Below, piece by piece: positions 37,695 to 46,836 of a DNA stretch of 64,000 bases. Location: positions 18,210 to 82,209 of the IMG/VR virus record IMGVR_UViG_3300025410_000016; one strand, 5' to 3'. Position numbers and translations under genes: made by a program. The notes beneath the pieces were generated by a model that was given only the letters and a program-made list of their open reading frames with translations, did not search any database and had not been told where the DNA came from. Within the stretch, counting starts at the first letter, position 1, and the number at the start of each line of letters is the position of its first letter. The stretch comes from a virus.

Positions 37695-38258
37695 TCATGA
37701 TGCCTCCCTTACGATGCCGTCTCTAGTGGAGATGACGTAGATGGTTCCCCCTACTCCGTCAGCAATCTTCGCTGCTTCATGCACTGCGGTCACAATATCA
37801 TCCTCGGTCCACACTCCGACTGTCCCGAGTACTCCGAGTGCGATCTGCGCTCCGCTCCCGATTGCCATCCGTCCGGTGGTGTCGCTGATGACGGCAAAAC
37901 TCCCATCGACCATCACCAACTTGTTACCGCAAGCGATGATGAGGTCGGCGTCGATCTTGGTCGCCTCGTCCTCTTTGTAGACCCCTGCTTCTTGCGTAGC
38001 AGAGATCATGGCAGGGACAATGGACCGGACGACCTTGCATTCGTCGAGCCCGGTGCTCCGTGACCATTGCTGTGACCAGTCCACGCAGTAGCGGAGCACC
38101 TGAGAGGTGCGGAGTTCTCCGGTGGCCCCGAAGACGTAGTTGCCATCTGACCAGATCTTCGGAGTGGTGAGTTGGCCGCGGTTGTAGCCGTCGAAGTACT
38201 CAGAGTCTCCGGCAAGTACAACCCCCCTGTCTGTCTTGGCTGCAACGACGAGGGTCAT
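37695..38258 (-). CDS. HslV/proteasome-beta-like Ntn hydrolase
   Basis: M-T N-terminal nucleophile, LAGDS, PKI, AIGSGAQIALG. Confidence 0.8.
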   Translation of the reverse strand: MTLVVAAKTDRGVVLAGDSEYFDGYNRGQLTTPKIWSDGNYVFGATGELRTSQVLRYCVDWSQQWSRSTGLDECKVVRSIVPAMISATQEAGVYKEDEATKIDADLIIACGNKLVMVDGSFAVISDTTGRMAIGSGAQIALGVLGTVGVWTEDDIVTAVHEAAKIADGVGGTIYVISTRDGIVREAS

Positions 38259-38521
38259 GAGTTGACCTTGGCGGACCGGACCTCGTACACCACGCCGTCT
38301 TGGTTGGCGACGACCGCATCATTGGTCCACCAACCGCTTGCCTCCCACTCAAGAGGCTGCTCTTGAGCGTTGCGCTCCTTGGCCCGTCCGTCCGCCTCGT
38401 CCTGGCAAGCCTTGAGTGCGTCACCCTTGGACGCGTAGATCCCGGCGAACCCGCACAGTGGCGATCCGCAGCCATACGTCGAGTCCTCGTCGTGGATCCC
38501 AGCAACCCAATACTTTTCCAT
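38255..38521 (-). CDS. hypothetical protein
   Basis: 88-aa coupled ORF. Confidence 0.5.
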   Translation of the reverse strand: MEKYWVAGIHDEDSTYGCGSPLCGFAGIYASKGDALKACQDEADGRAKERNAQEQPLEWEASGWWTNDAVVANQDGVVYEVRSAKVNS

Positions 38522-39237
38522 CAGAATCCCTTCTTGAGTACGGCGAGCAGTTCGCCGTCCACCCTGACGTTGCCGTTGCGACCAAAGCGTTGCCGCTTGG
38601 TGGCGATGCGCTGCGCTTCAACCAAGTGTAAGCCAAGGTTGGAGAGTAGGTGAAGGTGCCACGCCTCAACGGGGACGCGGACACCCTTCCTGATGTGATC
38701 GCTGATGTTGAGCACGAAGAGTCCACCGGGCTCTAGTTGGTCAACAGCAAGGCACCACGCCTTCTCGTGGAACTCTTGGTACTCCTTGCCCCACTGCATT
38801 GCTGCAGCGGACCCCTCGGTGAGTGGCCGGCCGAGCGTGTGGCGGTAGGTGTTCCGCTTGCTCCCCTCCTTGGGCTGGTGGTGGTCGGCCATCCGATTCC
38901 CGTAGCAAGGCGAGGTGACGATGGCGTTTACCGGCAACTCAAGCGGCCAGTTGCCCCGGTCGAGGCAACTCCCCACGACGACCCACGACCCTTGGTCAGC
39001 CGTCACCCAGACGTTGTGATCGGTCTGCCTCCATCCCGACCAGATTGGCTCTAGCGCCCACTCGGGCTCCAACTCGATCCCCCAGGTGTCCCACGGGCCT
39101 CGAAGTTCGTGGATCGACCCCACACCTGCAAAGGGGTCAACGATGACCCCCTCCTCGAAAGGGACGTGGTGCCGGAAGAGCACTTGGCTGATCAGTTCGC
39201 TGGTCAATCCGCTGAGCGTTGCGGGGTGAGCGATCAT
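38521..39237 (-). CDS. amino (N4/N6)-type DNA methyltransferase-like protein
   Basis: VDPFAGVGS (SAM motif I), GIELE, IVTSPCY (motif IV variant), LEPGG. Confidence 0.75.
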   Translation of the reverse strand: MIAHPATLSGLTSELISQVLFRHHVPFEEGVIVDPFAGVGSIHELRGPWDTWGIELEPEWALEPIWSGWRQTDHNVWVTADQGSWVVVGSCLDRGNWPLELPVNAIVTSPCYGNRMADHHQPKEGSKRNTYRHTLGRPLTEGSAAAMQWGKEYQEFHEKAWCLAVDQLEPGGLFVLNISDHIRKGVRVPVEAWHLHLLSNLGLHLVEAQRIATKRQRFGRNGNVRVDGELLAVLKKGF

Positions 39238-39530
39238 GACTGCTCCTTGAGGGCTTCGCGAACTAGTTCGTAGAGTGAACGAGTCAAGGCACCAGTCCCA
39301 AGTTTCATCCAGGCCCCAACCCACTCCTCCGCCACCTTGCGGGGAATGGTGATGGTTGGCTCGGGGATGGGGAAAAGAAGGCTGGGTTTACAGATCCACG
39401 CCTCCCCGTCGTCGTTGACGCAAACCGGGTCCTTCCCCTCAGTGGCGTGGTAACCCACCACCCGGCACTCGCCGAGTAGATGGTGCTCCCACTCGCTATT
39501 GATCGGGAACTGCTCTCGGATGTTGCTCAT
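39234..39530 (-). CDS. hypothetical protein, paralog of 4529-4840
   Basis: REQFPINSEW...PIPEPTITIPRKVAE...ALKEQS. Confidence 0.6.
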   Translation of the reverse strand: MSNIREQFPINSEWEHHLLGECRVVGYHATEGKDPVCVNDDGEAWICKPSLLFPIPEPTITIPRKVAEEWVGAWMKLGTGALTRSLYELVREALKEQS

Positions 39531-39925
39531 TGGTCCTCCCTTTCGGTCATGTCCTTGAGCACCTGTAGTGCTTTCCGGTATCTCTGCGACCACAAGTGTC
39601 GCTCCCTTGCGTAGAGATCCTTGTCCCCTGACTCCAACTCGGCAAGCCCAAGGCAGGCGAGCGTGACCTCAAGTGCCGCTTGGGTCTCCGTCGATGCCCC
39701 CAGGTAGAGATCAACGTAGAAGGGGTGGTCGGTGTTGATGTAGAGCACCGTCGTGCCGGCTTCCACCGCACACCGGTAGAACGACCCCTCACAGACGCGC
39801 TCGAACTCGACGGTGAACGTCTTGCCCTTGCGCTGTGCGACGAGTGCGTCGGCCATGATCTCTGTGTCGATCCCGATCTTGGCACCGCGCTTGGCGGCTT
39901 CTTGCATGAGGCTGTCGGTTGTCAT
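39527..39925 (-). CDS. hypothetical protein
   Basis: YINTDHPFY motif; GGAG RBS. Confidence 0.55.
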   Translation of the reverse strand: MTTDSLMQEAAKRGAKIGIDTEIMADALVAQRKGKTFTVEFERVCEGSFYRCAVEAGTTVLYINTDHPFYVDLYLGASTETQAALEVTLACLGLAELESGDKDLYARERHLWSQRYRKALQVLKDMTEREDQ

Positions 39926-39927
39926 GT

Positions 39928-40224
39928 TCACGAACTCTCCCTTGGGGCTTTCCTCGGGTCGTACCCGTCCCCTGTCCCGTTGCCTCTGTCCTGGTAGGTC
40001 AGATCGTATTCGATTGCCTTCCGCACCTTTGGTAGCAGGTCGTAGACGTACTGCCCTTCTAGGTAGTAGCGGTCCTCTGGGTAGTCGACCACGACGCCGT
40101 CCTTGCACACCACCGGGAACCGGTGAACGTCCTCGACGACGAGCGCCCATGCCTCGGCGATGGAGTCAGCGGTGCCGAACTCCTCGGCCCCGAGTGCATC
40201 GACGTAGACGAGGCTGTAGGTCAT
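39928..40224 (-). CDS. hypothetical protein
   Basis: ORF with GAGGTGA RBS. Confidence 0.5.
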   Translation of the reverse strand: MTYSLVYVDALGAEEFGTADSIAEAWALVVEDVHRFPVVCKDGVVVDYPEDRYYLEGQYVYDLLPKVRKAIEYDLTYQDRGNGTGDGYDPRKAPRESS

Positions 40225-40231
40225 AAGTGGC

Positions 40232-40543
40232 TCACCTCTCCCCAAGTAAGGAGAAAGTCTCGCTGTACCCAACCCTCACGCCGTCTTGGTAGTTGATCAC
40301 CATGGGGTTGCGTGGTGGGTCTTGCACCGGGGCGGCGACTGCTGCCTCTGCCTCCCGCTTGGTGCTGGTGTACCGAGCGAAGGTGTGCTCTTCACCGTCG
40401 ACATCAGTGAGGACCAGTGCGTACCGCCACTTGGCCCAACTCGGTCGGCCTTCGGCTTTGTAATCGACCTTCTCGACCGGCCCGGCGAACCGGGACTTGA
40501 TGACCTTGATCTCGCTGAAGACGGTCACTTCTTCTCCATCCAC
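40232..40543 (-). CDS. hypothetical protein
   Basis: 103-aa ORF. Confidence 0.45.
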   Translation of the reverse strand: MDGEEVTVFSEIKVIKSRFAGPVEKVDYKAEGRPSWAKWRYALVLTDVDGEEHTFARYTSTKREAEAAVAAPVQDPPRNPMVINYQDGVRVGYSETFSLLGER

Positions 40544-41208
40544 CAGAACGATGACATCGTGGGTCGGATGGGCATGAGCATGTAGCGGTAGATGCCCGTC
40601 TTCTCGTTGCCCATCTCGAACACCACCGGCTTGATGTGAGTGTCCTCTTGGGTAGCGATGGTGACCGGCAGCGGCCCACTGGTCAAGATCTTGCGAGCGG
40701 TTTCTAGTGTTGACAAGAACGCGGGGTTGAGCGTCACGCCGTTGGTGACCTTCACCGGCACGTTCACTCCGGTGAAGATGCTCTCAAGCGATGGGTAGGT
40801 CCCAGCGACAAACTTGAACGACAGTCCTCCGTCGCCCCACTTGAGCCGCCAGTTGCCCCCGTTGCGGATCGTGTCGAGCACCGGGTACTCCTGCGGGGTC
40901 GGGACCCGTCGTCCCGGTCGAACCCGCGGGCAGAACCGGTTGGCGATGACCGCTGCGGCGGTGAGTTGGTCCGAACGCAGCAACACCGTGTTCTCTGGTG
41001 CGGCGTCGTCATTGACCAAGGCGAGGTCCATCCAAGCGACGCGGTAGGAGTCGGTCGCCACGGCGATTGCCTTGGCGCTGGTCTTGGCCCAACTTGGCGT
41101 CGGCATGATCGCCACCGTCCTGGTGACGGGTCGGCTGTCGTCAGGAGATGCGGCGAGGGCGACTGCGCGCAGCGCCTTCAGGTTCCTTGGGGTCATGGTG
41201 ATTTTCAT
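40525..41208 (-). CDS. truncated DNA pol III beta-clamp-like protein
   Basis: ASPDDSRPV, VATDSYRVA, GTYP, LNPAFL, YMLMPIR. Confidence 0.7.
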   Translation of the reverse strand: MKITMTPRNLKALRAVALAASPDDSRPVTRTVAIMPTPSWAKTSAKAIAVATDSYRVAWMDLALVNDDAAPENTVLLRSDQLTAAAVIANRFCPRVRPGRRVPTPQEYPVLDTIRNGGNWRLKWGDGGLSFKFVAGTYPSLESIFTGVNVPVKVTNGVTLNPAFLSTLETARKILTSGPLPVTIATQEDTHIKPVVFEMGNEKTGIYRYMLMPIRPTMSSFWWMEKK

Positions 41209-41711
41209 TTGGTTCCTTTCATTGGTATCTGCTCAACATCGTCTTCGTGGAGTTGATCAATGTCCACGACGTACTCGCTCTCGTTGCGTTCGGTGAACCG
41301 AGCCAAGACCAAAGTCTCTGGAACGGTCACCTGCCAGAGCAAGCCCTCCGCGGTCGTACCGGCGAGTCGAGTGGCGAACCACTGCGCCTTGTCTTGATCG
41401 TCGGTCCACGACAACCCCACTGCGTAGTTGGGATGTGCGCCTCGCCAGAGCGTGACGCAACGATCCGTCAAGTCGTCGTTGGGAACGAGCGTTCCGTCAT
41501 CGGTGAGGTAGCCACCCTTGTCGGTGGCGTGGTAGAAGAAGTCGAGCCACTGCCACGTTGGGAGCATGAGGCCGGGCCACTCCGGTCCGCTCCATGCTTG
41601 GGGGAGTGCTATGCGGAACTCCTCGTCGCTCAACTCCCCGAACGACTTGAGCAAGATGACCGGCAGTTCGTTGCGACCGGCTCTTGCGCTGACCTCTGCC
41701 CAGGTCTTCAT
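41205..41711 (-). CDS. putative ADP-ribosyltransferase-fold protein
   Basis: LWRG...LSWT...AQWFA...ESEYVV (R-S-E pattern). Confidence 0.5.
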   Translation of the reverse strand: MKTWAEVSARAGRNELPVILLKSFGELSDEEFRIALPQAWSGPEWPGLMLPTWQWLDFFYHATDKGGYLTDDGTLVPNDDLTDRCVTLWRGAHPNYAVGLSWTDDQDKAQWFATRLAGTTAEGLLWQVTVPETLVLARFTERNESEYVVDIDQLHEDDVEQIPMKGTK

Positions 41712-42541
41712 CGCTTGGTCTGGTGCTCTGCAGCGTGGCGCACCTCATCGAAGTTGGGGATGGCCCGCAACTCGGCCAAGGTTTGCCGGCTCTCGGCTTG
41801 GTCCTTCAGCCGCTCAGAGATCTGGGCACCCACGTACTCGTTTACTTGAGTCAGCAACTCCTCGTAAGCAGTGTCGATGTCGTGGATCTGCTCAAGCCTG
41901 CAGGTGCCGCTGCCCACAGCGAAGGAGTGCATGGGGTATCCAGACTTAGGGTCGGGCCGAAGAGAGACCGTGATCTCGAAGACCTTCGAGGTGAACATCT
42001 TGCGGTCGTCCATCATGTGCTGGAAGTCGGCGTAGCAACCGACTGCCACCTGATACCGGTCGGTGCCTCGCACGTCGTTCCACCACCAGTTCACCGAAGT
42101 CCCTCGGTGTCCGGCGCTGTCCTCTAGTGCCTCGATCTGGCGGAGCGCCATCCTCATCGACTCGCGCTCTGCTGCTGCTTGGCGATTCTGGTAGGCGTTG
42201 GTGAGTAACTTGACGAGCAAAGTACGGGCTCGCTTGCTCTGCGGGTCGTGGCATTCCAACCTCTCAAGTTCGGTGAGCATGATGTCCTGCCCACCCTTGC
42301 TGAAGGTGAAGGAGGAACGCCTGCCCAGGTCAAGAGAGAAGATGTCCTTCTTGATCTTGCGCCACGTTGCCCAAGCGTCTCCCTCGTAGATCGGACCATC
42401 GATCTTGGTCTCTGAGCGGAAGCGGGCAACCATGCACACTTGCAAGATTGCGGCTTGAGTGTTGGTGACCGTGACCGTGATTGGCTCGTCGATGGTGACG
42501 CCGAAACCGGCGAGGGCTTGGTAGATCTCTTGTGCGTCCAT
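41708..42541 (-). CDS. hypothetical protein
   Basis: 277-aa ORF with AAGGGAG RBS. Confidence 0.65.
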   Translation of the reverse strand: MDAQEIYQALAGFGVTIDEPITVTVTNTQAAILQVCMVARFRSETKIDGPIYEGDAWATWRKIKKDIFSLDLGRRSSFTFSKGGQDIMLTELERLECHDPQSKRARTLLVKLLTNAYQNRQAAAERESMRMALRQIEALEDSAGHRGTSVNWWWNDVRGTDRYQVAVGCYADFQHMMDDRKMFTSKVFEITVSLRPDPKSGYPMHSFAVGSGTCRLEQIHDIDTAYEELLTQVNEYVGAQISERLKDQAESRQTLAELRAIPNFDEVRHAAEHQTKR

Positions 42542-42588
42542 GGCTTCTCCCTTTGGTTGGACTCAGTATCTACAGGTCGTGGTGAAGA

Positions 42589-43185
42589 TCAACCGCGCAT
42601 ACCGGCAAGGATGGACATCGAGTTCCGCTCTGCTTCGGCTTGGTCCTCAAGTGCCTTGAGGCCGGCCTCGATCACCGCAGACAGGGCGTCCATTTTGGCA
42701 ACGTCCTTGCCGAAGAAGTTCAGGGTGGTGTAGTCGGAGATGTAAGGCTTGCGCCCGTCCACCGTCGCCGCCTCTCTCAACAGAGCGGCCAACCGCTCCG
42801 CAGAGGGCACGAGCACGTTGTCGGTGTAGTTCTTGTGCTGGGCGTGGCTCTCCTTGGCGTAGGCCGAGTACTTCTCGGCGTAGGCGACCCACTCACCCAA
42901 GGGGTACAGGTTGTCGAGGCTGGCGTAGACGGTCTTGGTCTCGTCGATGGTGCCGTCAGCGGCAACTCGAACGACCGTGACACCCTTGCTGCTCTTGGCG
43001 GGGACGATCTTGCTGCCGTAAACCCCGTTGACCTTCTTGACCGGGTCGACGGAGACGACTCGAACCCGGCCCGAGTAGTTCTCGCCGCCGTTACGTCCCC
43101 GGTATGCGAACGTCATGTCGTAGTCCTTACCAGCCACGAGGTCGGTGCGGGTGAGGGACTGAGGGCGAGTGGGGGGGTTGATCAT
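42589..43185 (-). CDS. hypothetical protein (first gene of leftward arm)
   Basis: 198-aa ORF with AAGGAG RBS. Confidence 0.7.
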   Translation of the reverse strand: MINPPTRPQSLTRTDLVAGKDYDMTFAYRGRNGGENYSGRVRVVSVDPVKKVNGVYGSKIVPAKSSKGVTVVRVAADGTIDETKTVYASLDNLYPLGEWVAYAEKYSAYAKESHAQHKNYTDNVLVPSAERLAALLREAATVDGRKPYISDYTTLNFFGKDVAKMDALSAVIEAGLKALEDQAEAERNSMSILAGMRG

Positions 43186-43273
43186 TGGGGGCTCCTTGGT
43201 GTGTTCTTGACTTCCCCATAGTCTGCGACCCTACGATGAAAGTCAACAGGGTTGACATATTTTGTGAAAAGGG

Positions 43274-43302
43274 TTGACCACCAAGTTCATTTGTTGTACG
43301 CT
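43274..43302 (+). promoter_or_regulatory. leaderless sigmaA-type promoter
   Basis: TTGACC-17 bp-TACGCT-6 nt-ATG(43309). Confidence 0.8.
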
Positions 43303-43308
43303 CCGCCC

Positions 43309-43746
43309 ATGACCACTGACCGAAACAACCCATTAGATGTTTGCCAGTCCATCCCTGAGGCCAATCGGCTTTACGTCAATCTCTTCCATGAGGCAGAGGA
43401 CCATGTGCGTTTGGCTGAAGACCTGCGATTGACGCTGATCCGTCTCTCTGGTGCAGAGAAGAAGGAGTACGGCAAGCCCATCGCCAACGACATGCCCACC
43501 ACCCGTGAACTGCGAGCGTGGGCGACCGCACAGGGCATCACCCTTGAGTCCAAGGGCCGCATCCCCTCTTACGTGGTGGTCCGCTACCGCGAGGCCCACG
43601 ACCTCCCACCGCTTGAGGGGGTGAAGATTGACTCCTTGCCCGTTCGCGTCCGACGCTGGGCGAGGGAGCAGAAGATCGAAGTGAATCGCCGCGGCAAGAT
43701 CCCCGCCGACATCATCGCTCAGTATGAGGCTGCTCAGAAGGCTTGA
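43309..43746 (+). CDS. lsr2: Lsr2-like protein with two DNA-binding domains
   Basis: LRAWA..QG....KGRIP..V...Y and VRRWARE.....RRGKIPADIIAQY. Confidence 0.85.
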   Translation: MTTDRNNPLDVCQSIPEANRLYVNLFHEAEDHVRLAEDLRLTLIRLSGAEKKEYGKPIANDMPTTRELRAWATAQGITLESKGRIPSYVVVRYREAHDLPPLEGVKIDSLPVRVRRWAREQKIEVNRRGKIPADIIAQYEAAQKA

Positions 43747-43807
43747 CCTTGTCCTGTGTCACACCTCAGTGCCATGATTGAGTGAACTACTTGATGAAAG
43801 GGATTGC

Positions 43808-44689
43808 ATGACTGACGCTGCAGAAGCAACGAGCACCGCCTTGAAGATCTTCGAGGAAGTCGATGTCGCTCGACCCTTGGCCGACGACCTGCGGCTCTGG
43901 TCGATCACGACGATCCTTGGGGTGCTCGACAAGCCCGCGTTGCAGTACTGGTCCGCCACAGAGACCGCCAAGGCCGCGGTGCGAGCAGCCAAGTCCCTTG
44001 GGCAACGAGTGGACGAAGAGGGTCCCGATGCCGTGGTCGATTGGTTGTCGGGCGCTCGCTTCCGTCAACCTCAAGGCCAGCGCAGTGCAGCGCAGTTAGG
44101 TACTGACGTGCACGCCGCACTAGAAGAGTTGGCGCTGACCGGCATCATGCCAGAGGTCGATGACGAGGTGCGTCCGTTCGTTGAGCAGTTCGACCGCTGG
44201 GCGCAGATCTGGCAGCCCGAGTACATGGCCGCGGAGATGACCGTCTACAGTCCGACTTACGGCTACGCAGGCACCGCTGACGGCATCATGAAAATTGCCG
44301 GCTCGGTGGTGAACTTCGACTACAAGACGAGTCGCAAGTCCCACGACAAGAAGGGCAAGCCCACCGGCCCCTATCCCGAAGTTGGCTTGCAGATCGCCGC
44401 CGCCCGCTACGCAGAGTTCGCTGCGGGGTGGCGTCCTCGACGCTTCGAGGAGTTCCGTCGCCGCTACTACTTGCTCGGTGAAGCCGAGCGGGAGTTGGCG
44501 CTACCGGTTCCGAAGGTCGATGGGGGGATCGTGATTCACATCACCCCCGAGCACTGCACCGCCTTCCCGGTCCGCTGCGACGAAGAGATGCACCGCTACT
44601 TCCTGTACATCTTGGAAGCCGCCCGGTTCAACTTCAACGTGGCGAAGACCGTGATTGGCGCTCCGCTCACCCACACGACTGAGTTCTAA
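43808..44689 (+). CDS. PD-(D/E)XK exonuclease (RecE/Cas4-like)
   Basis: GTDVH, YAGTADG, DYKT, LQIAA. Confidence 0.8.
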   Translation: MTDAAEATSTALKIFEEVDVARPLADDLRLWSITTILGVLDKPALQYWSATETAKAAVRAAKSLGQRVDEEGPDAVVDWLSGARFRQPQGQRSAAQLGTDVHAALEELALTGIMPEVDDEVRPFVEQFDRWAQIWQPEYMAAEMTVYSPTYGYAGTADGIMKIAGSVVNFDYKTSRKSHDKKGKPTGPYPEVGLQIAAARYAEFAAGWRPRRFEEFRRRYYLLGEAERELALPVPKVDGGIVIHITPEHCTAFPVRCDEEMHRYFLYILEAARFNFNVAKTVIGAPLTHTTEF

Positions 44690-44711
44690 CCAACAAACAC
44701 AAGGAGGCATC

Positions 44712-45749
44712 ATGCCCATCATCAACCTGCAGCGTCGGCTTCGACCTGCCGGGCGGATTCGCATTGGCGAGACCGTCCCGACCAGTAAGGGAAGGGGACG
44801 CCCGGTCAAGTTGACCACGTTCCGCTTCACCTCCCCCGACCTGTCGAGCATCGAAGCAATTGCCCGGCTCTACGGTGGTGAGGTCGAGCCGTGGCCCGAC
44901 GCTCCCGGTGGCCCGCAGTACCAAGTGACCACTGAGGCCGCGTCGATCCCCGTGCTCATCCCGCCGTCTGGTCTGTCGTTCAGTCAGTTCTACGAGACGT
45001 GGTCCGGTGGGGGATGTACCCGTCGCTGCGACGGCGAGTACCAGACTGACGACAGCCCGTGCGTGTGCGATCCCGACAACCGAGAGTGCAAGCCCCACAC
45101 CCGCCTGTCGCTCATCTTGCGAGACCTCGACGGCATTGGGGTTTGGCGACTCGACACACAGGGATACTACGCCGCTACCGAACTGGCCGCGGTGGTGGAC
45201 CTGATCGAAGGGCTGCGAGGGAGTCGTCTCGTTGAGGGTCGGCTGCTGCTGCAGCAACGCTCGGTGAAGCGTCCCGGCGAGCAGACGAAGAACTTTGCCG
45301 TGCCGTGCCTCGACCTCGACTTGAACGTGGCGGAAGAGTTGGGCGGGGTGAAGTCGCACATCACTCCAATCCAGCGCCCCGACGAGATCCCTGCGTTGAG
45401 CGTGGGCGAGCAGTTGTCGGCAGTGGACAACCCCGACCGACTCCGCTCTACTCGGAGCAACGCTGCCCAGGCATTGCCGGCGACCGGGCTTGAGCCTCGC
45501 TCTGTCGAGCAGGTGTCAGATGATGCTGCCCCTGCCCGTCGCATGCTCGTTGCTGCGCTGCGAGGCGTGAAGGTGAGCGACGCCGACCAGGCTCAGTGGG
45601 CCAGTGGCATGCTCGGCAAGCAGGTGGCTGACCTCGCTGATCTGGACAAGGACGAGATCGAAGAGTTGGTGCAGAAGGTGAGGTCGGGTCTTGCGGCATC
45701 TGTCTCTCCTGAGCCGGTGTACGCACCGGGAGAGGAGCCGTTCGAGTAA
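44712..45749 (+). CDS. phage recombination protein (Gp3-like/putative annealase)
   Basis: GRIRIG, RRCDGE, CKPHTRLSLIL, GVWRLDT; follows exonuclease. Confidence 0.65.
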   Translation: MPIINLQRRLRPAGRIRIGETVPTSKGRGRPVKLTTFRFTSPDLSSIEAIARLYGGEVEPWPDAPGGPQYQVTTEAASIPVLIPPSGLSFSQFYETWSGGGCTRRCDGEYQTDDSPCVCDPDNRECKPHTRLSLILRDLDGIGVWRLDTQGYYAATELAAVVDLIEGLRGSRLVEGRLLLQQRSVKRPGEQTKNFAVPCLDLDLNVAEELGGVKSHITPIQRPDEIPALSVGEQLSAVDNPDRLRSTRSNAAQALPATGLEPRSVEQVSDDAAPARRMLVAALRGVKVSDADQAQWASGMLGKQVADLADLDKDEIEELVQKVRSGLAASVSPEPVYAPGEEPFE

Positions 45750-46150
45750 TGGACATTGAAGCCATCCGAGCGCAAGTAGAGACAGACAAGAAAGAGTGCT
45801 TGATCTGCAATCCAAGGGATTCGCTGTTGAACGAGTTCTTTCATCGTTTGGTCTTGGCATTTCACAGGAACCATACTGAACGCTCCGACCTGCTGGCCCG
45901 CATCGCTGAACTCGAAGCCGAGAACGAGCGGCTTTTTGAGGAGGTGATCGACTCCGGCGACGAAGTGAGGTTGCTGATTCACCAAAGAAACTTGGCGGGC
46001 GACAAGCGGATGGAACTGGAAGCCGCCCTCGCCGCCGCCAATGCGGTGATCGAGCGGGTGCGGGTCGAGGCTGACCGCCCGACATACTTCGCTGCGTTGA
46101 GGCGCATCGCCGCCCTCCTGCCCACCGACGAGGAGGCGACCAATGGCTGA
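45749..46150 (+). CDS. Ead/Ea22-like mosaic protein
   Basis: DLLARIAELEA...ELEAALAAANAV shared with 4107-4532. Confidence 0.55.
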   Translation: MDIEAIRAQVETDKKECLICNPRDSLLNEFFHRLVLAFHRNHTERSDLLARIAELEAENERLFEEVIDSGDEVRLLIHQRNLAGDKRMELEAALAAANAVIERVRVEADRPTYFAALRRIAALLPTDEEATNG

Positions 46151-46415
46151 CCGCATCCTGTGGAACGACGACGAGTGTATCGACGAGGTCGTGTTGCACG
46201 GCGTTATGGTGCACGTCGAGCAAATGCACGACCGATGCTGGTGGATCGGCATCTACGACCAGGAGAACCCCGACCGTTACTGGATGGGTAACTTCTCCTG
46301 CGACAGTCGTGGGCGCATGAAGTTCACCGAGCAGGAGAACGCCGGTATCGAGTGGGAGTCCGAGGCTCGGCACGAGTTGCCGTGGTACAGCCCCGTACCC
46401 GTTGTGAAACCATGA
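46143..46415 (+). CDS. hypothetical protein
   Basis: GAGG RBS, 90 aa. Confidence 0.55.
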   Translation: MADRILWNDDECIDEVVLHGVMVHVEQMHDRCWWIGIYDQENPDRYWMGNFSCDSRGRMKFTEQENAGIEWESEARHELPWYSPVPVVKP

Positions 46416-46836
46416 ACGACGACCGACGTGCTGCCATTGTGCGCGCCCTGCGCCGCAAGTCACAGCGACAACCGGCGATCACTTCCGGCCAAGCACTCAC
46501 GATCTTGTGGGGTCGTCCTGTGTCGGAATATCGGCACAATAGCGGCAGAACATTCAATGTCCCAATATCAAGACATGGGGCACTGTCTCAATATCGAGAC
46601 ATGGAGCAACGACGATGAAACCTTCACGGCGTAAGCAGCGGAACATCCAACACGATCATCGAGAACGAGTACCGGGTTGCTACCGCTGCGAACTGAACGA
46701 AGACGAGGTGCTTCCATGTGAGTGCAAAGAGGAAGATTGGATGTGTCCGAACTGCGTGACGCCGTGGAAATGTAACGGCCCGCATTTCTGTCCGAAGTGT
46801 CAAAGCAAAGACCTCTAGGAAAGGAGAATGTCAGCC

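Noticed and set aside
43808-44689. Cas4 as evidence of a CRISPR-Cas system
   Set aside because: Solo PD-(D/E)XK nuclease paired with a recombination gene, typical of phage recombination modules.
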